Assembly: GCA_002633005.1 (NCBI GenBank)
Contig: NMRA01000030.1
Coordinates: 319,980 to 383,979 of the forward strand
Direction of reading: 5' to 3'
Length of the DNA: 64,000 bases
Source: Phoronis australis
Lineage: Eukaryota; Animalia; Phoronida
Positions 26,901-38,751 of the stretch are shown here, piece by piece (position 1 is the stretch's first letter; every line of letters starts with the position of its first letter). The notes below the pieces were generated by a model. That model searched no databases and was not told the DNA's origin. It saw nothing but the letters and a program-made list of their open reading frames with translations. A program made the position numbers and the translations under genes.

Positions 26901-29900
26901 TTACATCACTAGAAACAGGTGATTTATTGTTATGGTTTCACAACTAACAAATGTTCATTGCATGTGAAAGAAACCACTGAGTCAAGAAATGTAACGGAGT
27001 GGTTCTTCCATTAGTCACAATCGGAAGAATTTGAAAGGAATTTCGGCTGTTAAATCTGATCATTGCAGAAAGCAAGAGCATCTTCTGTACCAAACAATGA
27101 TTGTCTAAACCAAATTCAAAATGAATGAAAAGAGTGTAGGTAAGCAATTAAGAAAATGGAAAAGAGGGCAGGAGAATTTACAGGTGCAAAACCAACAGCT
27201 GAAACAACAATAGGGGGCAGCACTCTGTTATAACAGGTCGTGGAGAGCACCAATTAGATACTAACAAAGTGAAAGTGAACAGTGAGTGAACTAACACTAA
27301 TCATTCTTTCCATATTTTCAGACTGCTAGTATATATATGTATACATATGAGATGTGCCTGACTGACACATGTACTACACTTACTAGCGAAATTTTGTAAA
27401 TTTTCCAGGTGTTCTCAATCAACATTTACCTAAAGGCTGTTATCATCTCCATCAAAAACATTAAACAGTCATTACATAACAGTTAAACTCAATACCATAA
27501 AACTGCAGCAGTCTTAGTATTTCAGTGCAGTGAAATTTTTAGTTCTTTCTCAGTGACAATGTTGGCACATTCACTGCTCATTCTCTTCAATTTGTACAAA
27601 TTGGTTTGACATTTTTACTATATAAAGTCTTATCTTTGACACGAACTTTCTGTCACTCTTGTTTCACTCTTTGGTCGACTTTTGATAAACCCCTTGGCCA
27701 CATTTAGAATTTCTTCTTTTAGAACCATGACTATGTCCTGAAAAGAAAACAAATGGTCCCTGCTAGTAATCAAAACTGAATTAATGGCTTACAAGTTTTG
27801 GTCATTATCAAACTTGTTCTCCATCGACTTTTCAATTCCTCATGTCAATCATTGAAAGCATACACTTCAAATAATGAGTATTGGGAAACACAAAACAGAA
27901 AAGGAAATCCTTCACACCCTCATTCACTCACGCACTCAACTACACAGTGTGTCACTCACTTACGCACACAACCACACAGTATGTCACTCATTCACGTACA
28001 CAACCACACAGTATGTCACTCATTCACGTACACAACCACACAGTATGTCACTCATTCACGTACACAATCATACAGTATGTCACTCATTCACGTACACAAT
28101 CATACAGTATGTCACTCATTCACGTACACAATCACACAGTATGTCAATCACTGATGTATCAAACGTTTACTCAAGTTTTTACAAGCTATATATTTTGACT
28201 TGTCAATAACATCAAGAGAAAGATCAATTCAAGTCATTTTTGCACACTCCCAAAAAAGTTATATTAATGTTTCAGCTGACCCTTTATAAAAAGAGCTACT
28301 GTCTTGACATGTATAATCTTAAATAAAGAGTTTGTGGATAGAATTCTGTAGAGCAATCTAAGCTGGCGCCACCTAATTTTTAAATCTTTTGTAGTGGAAT
28401 AAGCAAAAGAATACAAGTCTTTCCAGATAAAGTTTTTACAGAAATCTAATTCAGATGACCATTTAAATCTTGCTTTTGAGTCTCGCTAGAAAAGTTCAAG
28501 TTCACATTTTGTCGAGATTCTACCACACTTCTCTAAAATTCACCAAAGAAAGTAGGGAATACATGAACCTAAAATCAATATTATGACATTTGAAAATAAA
28601 AATTTTGTTTGATATTTGCGTGCAAAGAACACATGGTGTTATACTAGAAACAGTTTCTTTAAACAGTTTTATTTGTTTACAATGTGGTCACAATGTAGTA
28701 TATCACCATTAGAGGAAAACGTAAACTCAATCCACTCTATAAAACCATGTATAGAAAAGATTACGTTTTCCTCCGACCTTCAACCCATCATTATACCAAA
28801 TGGGTTGAGATAAAAAATTTATCTGATTTTTTATTTTCGTTTTGGAAATAAAACGGTGGGATCTTCAAAAAATTCAATGAAATTTACGTGAGAACCAGTC
28901 AAACATCAATCACCATCAAGAGACAGGCAGCTCTGCAACGTCTCCAGTTATATTGTGTTTTCATCTACTCAGTCCTGGTGATTATTTTCCCAGTATGTAG
29001 CTTCCTCAATTATCGAATTGTGATTTGTTCAGATGTGAGATGTTAATCACAAACAGATTTATGACAATTTCTTCAATGTGAACTGAGGCAAAAAGCTGAC
29101 ACATTATTCCACACTTTATTATAAGACATCAAATTAACTCAACATAAAGGTGTCGCGTGTAGTACAAACAATGTTAATTTGTTATGTAACACCATGCTAT
29201 ACCAATCAGCAAAAAATACTAATCCTGCAAAAAAATATCAAATATTTCTGGAAAATCACGGATTACCGATTCTCACAAAAATTGCATCACCTTCTTTCCT
29301 AAACAGCAATTTCTGGGCCCTTAATCAAGAGCCAGAAAACTTAAACCTCACATCGCAGGGTCTACTCAGGGAGGCGTTCCTGGCTTTTGTCATATTACTC
29401 CCCAAAATATATAGCCAGATGGCGCCACAAGAGAGCATGTTGACATGTCAACCAGCACACTTGTCAATAACACCAACAGAAAGATGAATCTAGATTTTAT
29501 CACTAAATCACACTCGAAAAAAGGTGTTTAAAATTTTCAGCTGACCCTTGATAACAATAACTACTGTCTTAGCATAATGCACTAGGTAGTGGGTTAATAG
29601 AAAAAATAAAGATTAAATGAGAATTACCTTTATAACATTGTCAGTAAACCAGTCAAAATGGCCGCTCATTTCTGGTAGAACGGTAGCATCCACTTGCATC
29701 CCCCAGAAATTATCTATCTGAAGTTGAAAGACAGATTGATAGTACATATATATAATTATTCACTTTCATCAAGGTCAATGTGATGATTTTCAGACTCCAA
29801 AAATATGGTAATTACCAAGGGGAGCCAAGGTCAAATCTTTAGGGTCTGAAAACCAACATGTTGACTGAGTATAAAAGTCAATAATAATTAATCTGCGCGT

Positions 29901-32900
29901 GTAAGCGCAGAGTCCTGTTGTTCCTGGGTTTTCTTCAATTTCATTCTTCTTATTCTTATTCTTCTTCCGACCAACTTTGAGGCTTAATAACTCCAAATTG
30001 GGTGCAGGTACGGTCTTTAAATTCAGGATATGACTTTTGACACTATATAAATTTTGATTGGTTATATAATCATATTCCATATTGCACCGGAAGAGGTCGT
30101 TTGGTGCAAAGGTCATATAATTTTCAAAATGCTACTCCTCCTTCAGTTTTAAAGATATCTTTTTCAAATTNNNNNNNNNNNNNNNNNNNNNNNNNNNNNN
30201 NNNNNNNNNNNNNNNNNNNNNNNNNNNNNNNNNNNNNNNNNNNNNNNNNNNNNNNNNNNNNNNNNNNNNNNNNNNNNNNNNNNNNNNNNNNNNNNNNNNN
30301 NNNNNNNNNNNNNNNNNNNNNNNNNNNNNNNNNNNNNNNNNNNNNNNNNNNNNNNNNNNNNNNNNNNNNNNNNNNNNNNNNNNNNNNNNNNNNNNNNNNN
30401 NNNNNNNNNNNNNNNNNNNNNNNNNNNNNNNNNNNNNNNNNNNNNNNNNNNNNNNNNNNNNNNNNNNNNNNNNNNNNNNNNNNNNNNNNNNNNNNNNNNN
30501 NNNNNNNNNNNNNNNNNNNNNNNNNNNNNNNNNNNNNNNNNNNNNNNNNNNNNNNNNNNNNNNNNNNNNNNNNNNNNNNNNNNNNNNNNNNNNNNNNNNN
30601 NNNNNNNNNNNNNNNNNNNNNNNNNNNNNNNNNNNNNNNNNNNNNNNNNNNNNNNNNNNNNNNNNNNNNNNNNNNNNNNNNNNNNNNNNNNNNNNNNNNN
30701 NNNNNNNNNNNNNNNNNNNNNNNNNNNNNNNNNNNNNNNNNNNNNNNNNNNNNNNNNNNNNNNNNNNNNNNNNNNNNNNNNNNNNNNNNNNNNNNNNNNN
30801 NNNGGATAGCGTCATCTCACTATTAGGTGCCTACATACCAAATTTCATGAAAATCCGTTCAGGACTTTTGAAGATACAAAGGTAAGCGTAAAAAACTAAA
30901 ATTGCCACTAGGGGGCACACCGGTAGTCGGATCCGTCCGAAAGTTTGCACATGCCGTCCCATTCATGATTGGAACATATGTGCCAAATTTCATGAACGTA
31001 TGTCAAAGGGTTTTGGAGATAGAGCAGCGGACGCCGGACGCCAGACGCCGGACGCCGCCCGGACGGACGGACGGACAAAGATGACGGCATAATGCACCCA
31101 CATATAAATATGTGGGCGCATAAAAATTACTTTTCTAACCAATCGGGTCATCCAATCAGGTGAAATAGGTCAAAGGTCATCAGGTGCAAACTAAAATTTT
31201 GAGCTAGACATTTCAAATTAACAGGTATGATTGGCACAGGAAATTCAATTCGGAATCCAAAGTTTCAGGTCATTTAGTGCAAACATGGGGTCATTAGGTG
31301 CATTTTTCTTCTGAAAATTTGACCTTTTTCATTCAGCAAGTATTCTGATGTGTCAACCATCAGACAACTGTGATTCTCAGCATTAAACATATTTTTCACG
31401 GGCTTTGTATTAATTCTCCTAAAGATGCTTATAATGCACCGGATAGGGTCAATGAGTGCAAAGGTCATGTAACGTTCAAAATATTATATCTCTTACGTTT
31501 TTCAAGGAATTCTTTTCAATTTCAGCACACTTGGGTAAGTCAACATGCCAACTGAATACCTTACTTTACTTCGCAATAGGCCTAACCAATCAGAAAAAAA
31601 TAGGTCAAAGGTCATTGAGTGCAAACTAAAATTTTGAGCTAGAGACTTCAAAATTACATATCTGTTTACTAAGTGCGATTGAGTTTGAATTCTAAATTTC
31701 CAGGCCATTTGGTGCACCCATGGGGTCATTAGGTGCATTTTTCTTCTGAAAGTTTGACCAATTCATTTATCTTGTATTCTGAAGTGCTTAAAGTACAACA
31801 TCTGTGATTTTTAGCATTAACTACACTTTTAATCGAGTTAACATTTACTCCCTCATCGGCGCTCATAATGCACCGGAAGAGGTCAATTAGTGGAAAGTTC
31901 ATCAAAAAATTAATGTGTAATTTCTCCTACAATTTTAAAGAATTCCTTTTCATATTGGTAAATGGGTTGTAACTTTCCATAATAATTCCAGTAATACACA
32001 CACGCCGTGACAATAATCTTTCTAGTTTAATTTGTGATTACATTCTCTAAGCAATTCATGCAAGCAAGCTTTTGATTGCATGTTGATTAATCTTTTGATT
32101 AATCGTCTAGACATTTTTCATCTAAAACATAATGGAGGTGTTCTAAAAAATTCAAATGTTCATAATAGACAAAGAAACACTTGATTGTATTTAGTGAATG
32201 ATGTCATGTTTGCAGTCATACAATATCCATTTCTAATACAAATAATACAAAACAACCATCATTTGGTTCTATGCTACCACAAGCCAGGTGCCAGCACATA
32301 TGCTAAACCATGGCTCAATCAAAGTGAGACAACGCTCGAAAGTGGAAAAAGTAAAATATGAGAAGAAAATTGACCTTACTCGTATTCACTCCTACGGGTG
32401 ACAGATTTCTTTAATTTAGAATTGCGAATTTTAGTAAAGAAAACATGGACAGAGGATAAAGCTAGGTATGTTTTGAAACAACTGTGAAGTAGCACATTAC
32501 AAATTTCTTTGAAAACCGTCGTTAGCAAAAACCACAAGGGCCATGAGCAGCACTAGTTTCTGATGGTTACATGACAGTAGTCCGAAGGTGCATTAGTGTG
32601 AAGGTGCACCAGTTCGAAAATATATAAGATTTCGGACTCTGGTGCATTTTCCTCTTTTTTCTACATGGCTTTTGCAATAATGTGTGATACTTCGGTTGTT
32701 AAGACACGGAGGCGCAGGCCTACTTACCGAAAACAACCGCCCACCAGGTACTAAATAAACTTTGTTCGGGTTTCCTTCGAGTGCAAAGGTTTCAAACCTT
32801 GCCTTGAGTTTATAGTTACAGCCTAATATTTTAAAAACCCAATATTCCGACAATCCATTGTTCCGACGACCAACAGCTCATTGTTGCTAATATTCCAACA

Positions 32901-35610
32901 TCTCACTGTGTTGACAATTAACCATTGTTCCAACAGCCCAATGTTCCCACAATTTACTCATTGTTAAAATAGCTCAATGATTCTGACAAATTACCAAATA
33001 TGCCAGCAGTCCATTGTCAAGACAGCTCAATAAACCCACAGTTTACCCATAATTTAGACAACAACTCCTCTCTGAAATTTGTGGAATGTTATACGTTGCA
33101 TGGGTAAAGTGTTCATTCATATAAGAGTTCGATTTCTAAGAGACGCGCGACAGAAGCCGATCGATTGATGTGGTCACATATCTGACTTTAATCGTTTCTC
33201 ATCTTTGCGAAAGTTCAACTGTTGGGCTTCATACTACACTGAGAGAGGAAGACAGTGCATAGAGCAGCGCTGCACATGTTACAATGTACCAGTGAGTTTC
33301 AGAGAATGCTGACAAAAACTGCATTTTAATGATTTATGGCTGTTCTGCCTTGTAGATCTTTGGACTAGAGCACTCCATACTAGGCCAGAAAGCTTCTTGG
33401 CGAGTTATGCCTCACACTGATTAAAACATCAAAGTGAGGTTGTTACAAGTACTTTTTGCACATAGAAGGACACCTTAGGAGGCCGTCAATTTCCTTCCAA
33501 CTTGAACAAACACTCCCACAATCAAACTTTTTCTTTGAGCAGTCCTATGTTCAGTTGCACAAATCCGCAATTGGCCATTTTAACAATTATGAGCGCTCCT
33601 AACGGGCACAACAACAATAGGATCACGCACGGTGTAAAAATGGCCAGTTGCCGATTTGGGCAAGTGAACAAAGAACTTGCTCAAAGAAAAAGTTTGATTA
33701 TGGGAGTATTTGTTTGAGATGGAAGGAATTAAGACATCGACAGCCAGCTCTTAAGATGTCCTTCTATGCGCAAAAGGTCTTCTTCTTCTATTTTTCCAAA
33801 TACAACGAGCGATCAAAGTACCGATCCTTATATGTAGCGCACATTAGTTATAAATTTGAACTGTGCATAATTAACTGAAAATAATTACAACAAAACAAAG
33901 TGTGGGTAAGTACCAGGATAAAAACAAGTTTTATTATTTACTGCATGTTGATGTTTGAGATGTGACTAGTGAACATCTCTATTGTGTCCAATGAGATGGC
34001 ATGTTTGTGGGAGTCTTTGCAAAGTAAAACAATAGATGGGAAGACTTTGTGACTTGTGTAGTATGCAGTGCGAATGTATTTTCTCTCAAAGGTATGAGAG
34101 TGGGAATTACATGAACTAGAGATATGAAGGCGTGGAAGGTATGTGTGCAGAATGGCAACCACCCTCCCGTTCAGTAACGCTAGGACCTCGCTAAAAATCA
34201 AGACTTCGCGAGATTACGCGAGATATTGCCGTGCATTTTAAATGAGAACATGTGACTTTGACTAGGTTTTTGGCGAGGTCCTAGCATAGGTCCTAGCGTC
34301 TACTGAACGCATGCCAGGTTGTGTACGGTGTTGTACATGAGAGACAGTTTGTTTTGAGCTGTATTTCTTGAGGAGTGGGCCATTTCAGGGTAGTGAGCAT
34401 AGAGTCTAGACCCAAACAACAGCAGTAGGCCCTATCCGGAGTGATCATTGGACTTGTAACAACGTGACTTTGATGTTATAATCAATGTGAGGCAAAAAGA
34501 TTTCGGCATATGAGGCACCTAAGGGAGCTTCACCGACTCTACGGGAGCCAGCAAGACACTGTGATGACTGGTTACACATAGTGTACCTAATTATCGGACG
34601 GAACCTAAATATCGGACATTTCATAGAATCTTACTTGAAGCATAATCTGAGAATTAAATGACACCAATTTTTGTTCCGTTGTAATGCATTCAATGTCCGG
34701 CACCGTCTCGTTTTTTACAGCGTTGCCTCGTTTTGATTTCACCGAGAGAGGGTGCAATTTAGACCCCCAAGTCGGCCTAAAATGGACGATCGCATAAATC
34801 GGTTATAAAAGTTGAAAATAAAATCTTTTTCCACAATGAAACCATCTCATTGAACTGACAATATGTCACTGTTCCATTTTTTCGTTTGTTTTTAAACTCA
34901 AGTCAAACCCCGACCGCGCACGTGCGGGTGTCATATCAAGAAGCCTAAGTGATACTAAAAACTGCAGTGAGTTTGCACGTGCTTTAGTCGTCTGCACTAA
35001 TTCATCGAAACGACTTGGCGCCGTCATCAGATTTCATTTCATGGATAATTTTGTTGCGAATGGACCTGGGTTCTAGCAGCATATATGTCAAAACACTCGA
35101 GCTGAAATTTGGCGACAAGGTGCCCGCGGCCATTACGTGGTTAGTCAGTTTTCCGCGGTGTGGCGTATGGAGAAACATGGTGTCCGAGGTTCTCCGAAGG
35201 TTTGGTTGTTGCGTTTTTTGAAGATCAGTCGGAACATAAATGTGGCTTTCAGTGACAAGGTATTGTAACAGAACAATTCCGTGAAGGTAAATCCTTATTT
35301 CAGCAAAGAATTTACAACAATCCGTAATATTTTCAATTAAATATAATGCAAAATGTGCCAAAACGTCCGATAATTAGGTCACTTGACTGTACATTCGGAC
35401 TAGTTAGCCGCTTCCGTTTCATGCTCTATGTTATGCTCAAATCTCCCGCCAAATTTTGACACTGAGATGGTTATTTAAGTGTTTTCTGTTTATCACTGCA
35501 GAAGTCAAATGAATATCAGCTAAATGACAATTGGGACCCCAACTGTGTTGCATCTGAAACTTGCAAAACGTGCAAATTCTACCCACCTGAATAAAAATGA
35601 GCCTATTCAT
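20990..35610 (-). CDS. SLX4IP-like protein with a C-terminal PWWP3A/MUM1-like helical domain; 10 coding exons, about 595 aa
   Basis: Exons (minus strand): 35610-35587, 29717-29628, 27737-27647, 25903-25749, 25185-25064, 24512-23574, 22570-22486, 22228-22180, 21733-21633, 21121-20990. All introns are GT-AG and the 1788 nt are in frame. The 27647 donor (A|gttcgt) and exon 1 are the least certain. The N-terminus IDNFWGMQVDATVLPEMSGHFDWFTDNVIKDIVMVLKEEI...SYSIAYQF...ILPVKLVFCARQ resembles SLX4IP; the C-terminus YSDDQVDVI...KVLLPEAAIKIV...VTHEKAEK resembles PWWP3A/B. Confidence 0.7.
23230..23530 (-). mobile_element. Fragment of the Helentron/DINE-like family (reverse orientation)
   Basis: aaaaatggtcactaggtgg and aaatttcatga motifs are the reverse complement of the units at 1900-2810. 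Confidence 0.55.
25888..26062. repeat. 84-bp tandem duplication spanning a splice acceptor
   Basis: ctgtaggatgaagctgtaaaatatcaat...gcagcaaata occurs at 25891 and again at 25975, nearly identical. Confidence 0.9.
27940..28146. repeat. Minisatellite, 32-bp unit, about 6 copies
   Basis: agtatgtcactcattcacgtacacaaccacac repeated; accounts for the spurious ORFs at 27798-28209. Confidence 0.92.
30080..31950. repeat. Composite repeat cluster: aaaggtca-type satellite/Helentron-like units with a reversed DINE-like element inside, spanning a gap
   Basis: gggtcattaggtgcatttttcttctgaaa recurs at about 31288 and 31722. tgcaccgga..aggtc recurs at about 30083, 31435 and 31869. 30804-31125 is the reverse complement of the 5' part of the 1708-2810 element. 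Confidence 0.6.
30171..30803. other. Assembly gap (N run)
   Basis: Run of N. Confidence 0.99.
33454..33775. mobile_element. About 320-bp MITE (second copy at about 39724-40044)
   Basis: ttttgcacatagaaggacaccttagga ... tcttaagatgtccttctatgcgcaaaa inverted termini. Confidence 0.65.
34168..34309. mobile_element. Short palindromic MITE-like hairpin (second copy at about 40437-40571)
   Basis: cgttcagtaacgctaggacctcgctaaaa ... ttttggcgaggtcctagc...gtctactgaacg. Confidence 0.55.
34575..35389. mobile_element. Tc1/mariner/pogo-type non-autonomous DNA transposon (815 bp), present only in duplicate copy A
   Basis: TA duplicated on both sides (34573-34574 and 35390-35391). 26-bp imperfect TIRs contain a perfect ACCTAATTATCGGACG core. 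The empty site tggtTAcattcgg is present in copy B at about 40831-40843. Confidence 0.9.
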
Positions 35611-35783
35611 GTTATCATGCAAGTGCATTATGGGAAGAGTGTACTTCCTGACGTCACATGACAATATGGTGGCCTCCAGTGTTTTGAACTTGAAGTTGTA
35701 CTTTGCCTTTTCCCGCTATTGAAACTGCGTTTTATAGCGATTTCCGTGTTACTGATTTTCTTAATGACTGGAATATTTGAAAC
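35611..35783. promoter_or_regulatory. Bidirectional promoter between the SLX4IP-like gene and ZFYVE26 (second copy 41066-41232)
   Basis: The divergent ATGs are about 175 bp apart. Clustered motifs: ACTTCCTG (ETS, 35643-35650), TGACGTCA (CRE, 35649-35656), GTCACATGAC (CLEAR/M-box-like, 35653-35662), AATATGGTGGC (YY1-like, 35663-35673). Confidence 0.65.
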
Positions 35784-37563
35784 ATGGCTAATGAAGATTC
35801 CATTGCACCGAAAACCTCTTTTCCTTTTGGAAGAGAGAATCAAACTTCTGTGGAAGAGTTATTCGTCTTTTTCAAGAACTGTTTGTCTGCTGGAAAATGG
35901 GAGTTGGCGAGGGCTTGCTTGAAAGAACTTGTCGACCAGAAAGACTTAGTTGGAGTGGATGTCCAAAACCTTTTGAAAAATTGTATAGACTATCCTGCAA
36001 CATATTGGTAATTGTAGCCGAGGATTTTGTTTGCATAGTTTGAGCTTTGGTTGTATTGAAAACACACTGCCCATCTGGTGCCAGTGGCAGTGGTGGTTTC
36101 ATGTAAACTTGGGTACTATTACTAGTAGACAGTACCACCGTCTCAACTGGCCTAGGTCACTGGTTGGATATAGGGATCCCTGATCTTGAGAACTACTTTC
36201 ATCCACTGAATAACAGGACCTCTATATCTGACCAGTGCCCTGGCCCAGTAGCATTATGTCAAACACAAATTAAACCATCGAAGTCATGTCGATGCCTTTT
36301 TAACTCTTCGCATTTCGAGCAAGTACTCAATCAATTTGAAACCTTTCAAAAGGGGCCTTCATTCAGTTGCCCAAACTGGCAACTGGAGATTTTTACATTG
36401 TTCGCGCTATGGGATATAACATCATAATGAAGGCCTCTCTAAATCACTCAGTAATAGACAATTACCATTACTCTTATGGCCATTTGGTTTGGACCCGTGA
36501 CTCGCATGATGTCACGCTTTGATCGATACCAGCCATGGACAAGTGAATTTTCTACAGTTGGAAGCTCGACAATATAATGTGTATGTAAATATCATCTTTT
36601 ATCAGTGAGGCGTGGAATAAACTACTTGCAATATAATGTGGAAAAATTGGTTACCCAATAAAATTTAATGGGGTTTTCAAGATTCCTATACCTGACCATT
36701 TACTCATCACAATGAGGGAGATAACTGTGTAATCATATGCTAGAAACTGAGCCTAAATTGTCAATAATATTTGAGTGCTGTTAAGGTTTTACATTTAAAA
36801 AGATACTGTATCTGGTGTTGATCCATTAACAGATACCAAAAATGAGGTGTTCATTTATGTCTATAAAGCGAAATAGAGCTTTCCGCTTGTCAATCCACAC
36901 AAGTTTGGAACATGTTTGTGTTAGCACTTACTTCTAGTTGTCTGTGGTTTATTTTTTCAGTAAAGGTTCTTCTACAATCAGATCTCCACATCACTTGTCT
37001 TGGTTATGTCTTCAGGAATGCGCAGCTTTGTTTAAGGTAATCTGTATATTCGACTGAAAAAGATCTCTTAGCTTTCTTGTTGAATTCATTATTCGTGTTT
37101 GTTTGTATGTTTTAGTTATTGATATAGAGCTATAGAATGATTTTATTTCATTTTACTTCTCGTATATTTAGCAAATTTTATCCTTTTGACTGTGGACATT
37201 TCAACACTACCTTGTGAATCAATTTGTTCCTTTCATAATTATGCTAAATCCTATTTCCATCAACTTCAATTTTTCTCACTGCCGTTATTTTAATCAACTC
37301 TTTGGGAAGTGTATTTACGTAAGACTAAACATGCAAATACCTTCCGTTGGTATATGTAAATATGGTAACTTATGAAAATTCTGTTTATAATATGAATGGA
37401 ATCGGATTGTTTATGTTGTCAAAAAGTATTGTTGTGTCAAATTTTCTTTTATCATTGTTCATTTCAATTTCAGCCAAGTGTAGAGCTGGACATCAAGAGG
37501 GAAGATGCTGAGTTGCGCCTGTTACTATTTGAAGCTGAGTCATTGCCTGATGGTGTTGTCAAG
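35784..37563 (+). CDS. ZFYVE26: ZFYVE26 exons 1-3, duplicate (allelic) copy A
   Basis: Exons 35784-36007, 36961-37036 and 37474-37563, with intact splice sites; near-identical to copy B (LPDG vs LSDG in exon 3). Confidence 0.75.
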
Positions 37564-38751
37564 GTACCTTTGTTAACTCTACTTTTGTCAGCGAATATCA
37601 CGGGTCTTGATTACCTTTAAACTATGCTGTTATCATTCATATTCATTTGAGACTTAGGCATAAATTAAAATTAAAATTAAAATAAATTTTCCCCTTGCAC
37701 AACTTTCCTCCCCATTCCGTCTTACCCCCCTTCTCAGTGCCACTGTTTGCCCTTCCTCCCCATTCTGTCTTACCCTCCTTCTCAGTGGCACTGTNTGCAA
37801 ACTAAAATTTTGAGCTAGAGACTTCAAAATTACATATCTGTTTACTAAGTGCGATTGAGTTTGAATTCTAAATTTCCAGGCCATTTGGTGCACCCATGGG
37901 GTCATTAGGTGCATTTTTCTTCTGAAAGTTTGACCAATTCATTTATCTTGTATTCTGAAGTGCTTAAAGTACAACATCTGTGATTTTTAGCATTAACTAC
38001 ACTTTTAATCGAGTTAACATTTACTCCCTCATCGGCGCTCATAATGCACCGGAAGAGGTCAATTAGTGGAAAGTTCATCAAAAAATTAATGTGTAATTTC
38101 TCCTACAATTTTAAAGAATTCCTTTTCATATTGGTAAATGGGTTGTAACTTTCCATAATAATTCCAGTAATACACACACGCCGTGACAATAATCTTTCTA
38201 GTTTAATTTGTGATTACATTCTCTAAGCAATTCATGCAAGCAAGCTTTTGATTGCATGTTGATTAATCTTTTGATTAATCGTCTAGACATTTTTCATCTA
38301 AAACATAATGGAGGTGTTCTAAAAAATTCAAATGTTCATAATAGACAAAGAAACACTTGATTGTATTTAGTGAATGATGTCATGTTTGCAGTCATACAAT
38401 ATCCATTTCTAATACAAATAATACAAAACAACCATCATTTGGTTCTATGCTACCACAAGCCAGGTGCCAGCACATATGCTAAACCATGGCTCAATCAAAG
38501 TGAGACAACGCTCGAAAGTGGAAAAAGTAAAATATGAGAAGAAAATTGACCTTACTCGTATTCACTCCTACGGGTGACAGATTTCTTTAATTTAGAATTG
38601 CGAATTTTAGTAAAGAAAACATGGACAGAGGATAAAGCTAGGTATGTTTTGAAACAACTGTGAAGTAGCACATTACAAATTTCTTTGAAAACCGTCGTTA
38701 GCAAAAACCACAAGGGCCATGAGCAGCACTAGTTTCTGATGGTTACATGAC

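Noticed and set aside
27798-28209. Repetitive ORFs and a CRISPR-like regular spacing
   Set aside because: Head-to-tail 32-bp minisatellite with no unique spacers and no cas genes, in a eukaryotic intron
30101-30826. Long ORFs made of X (also 58293-59254)
   Set aside because: Artefacts of N gaps
35002-35361. 119-aa ORF inside the TA-flanked element as a possible transposase
   Set aside because: No HTH or DDE/D motif recognisable; the element is too short and appears non-autonomous
35784-37563. A second, paralogous or pseudogenised ZFYVE26 gene
   Set aside because: No disabling mutations, near identity including introns, and a single-N junction favour an allelic assembly duplicate
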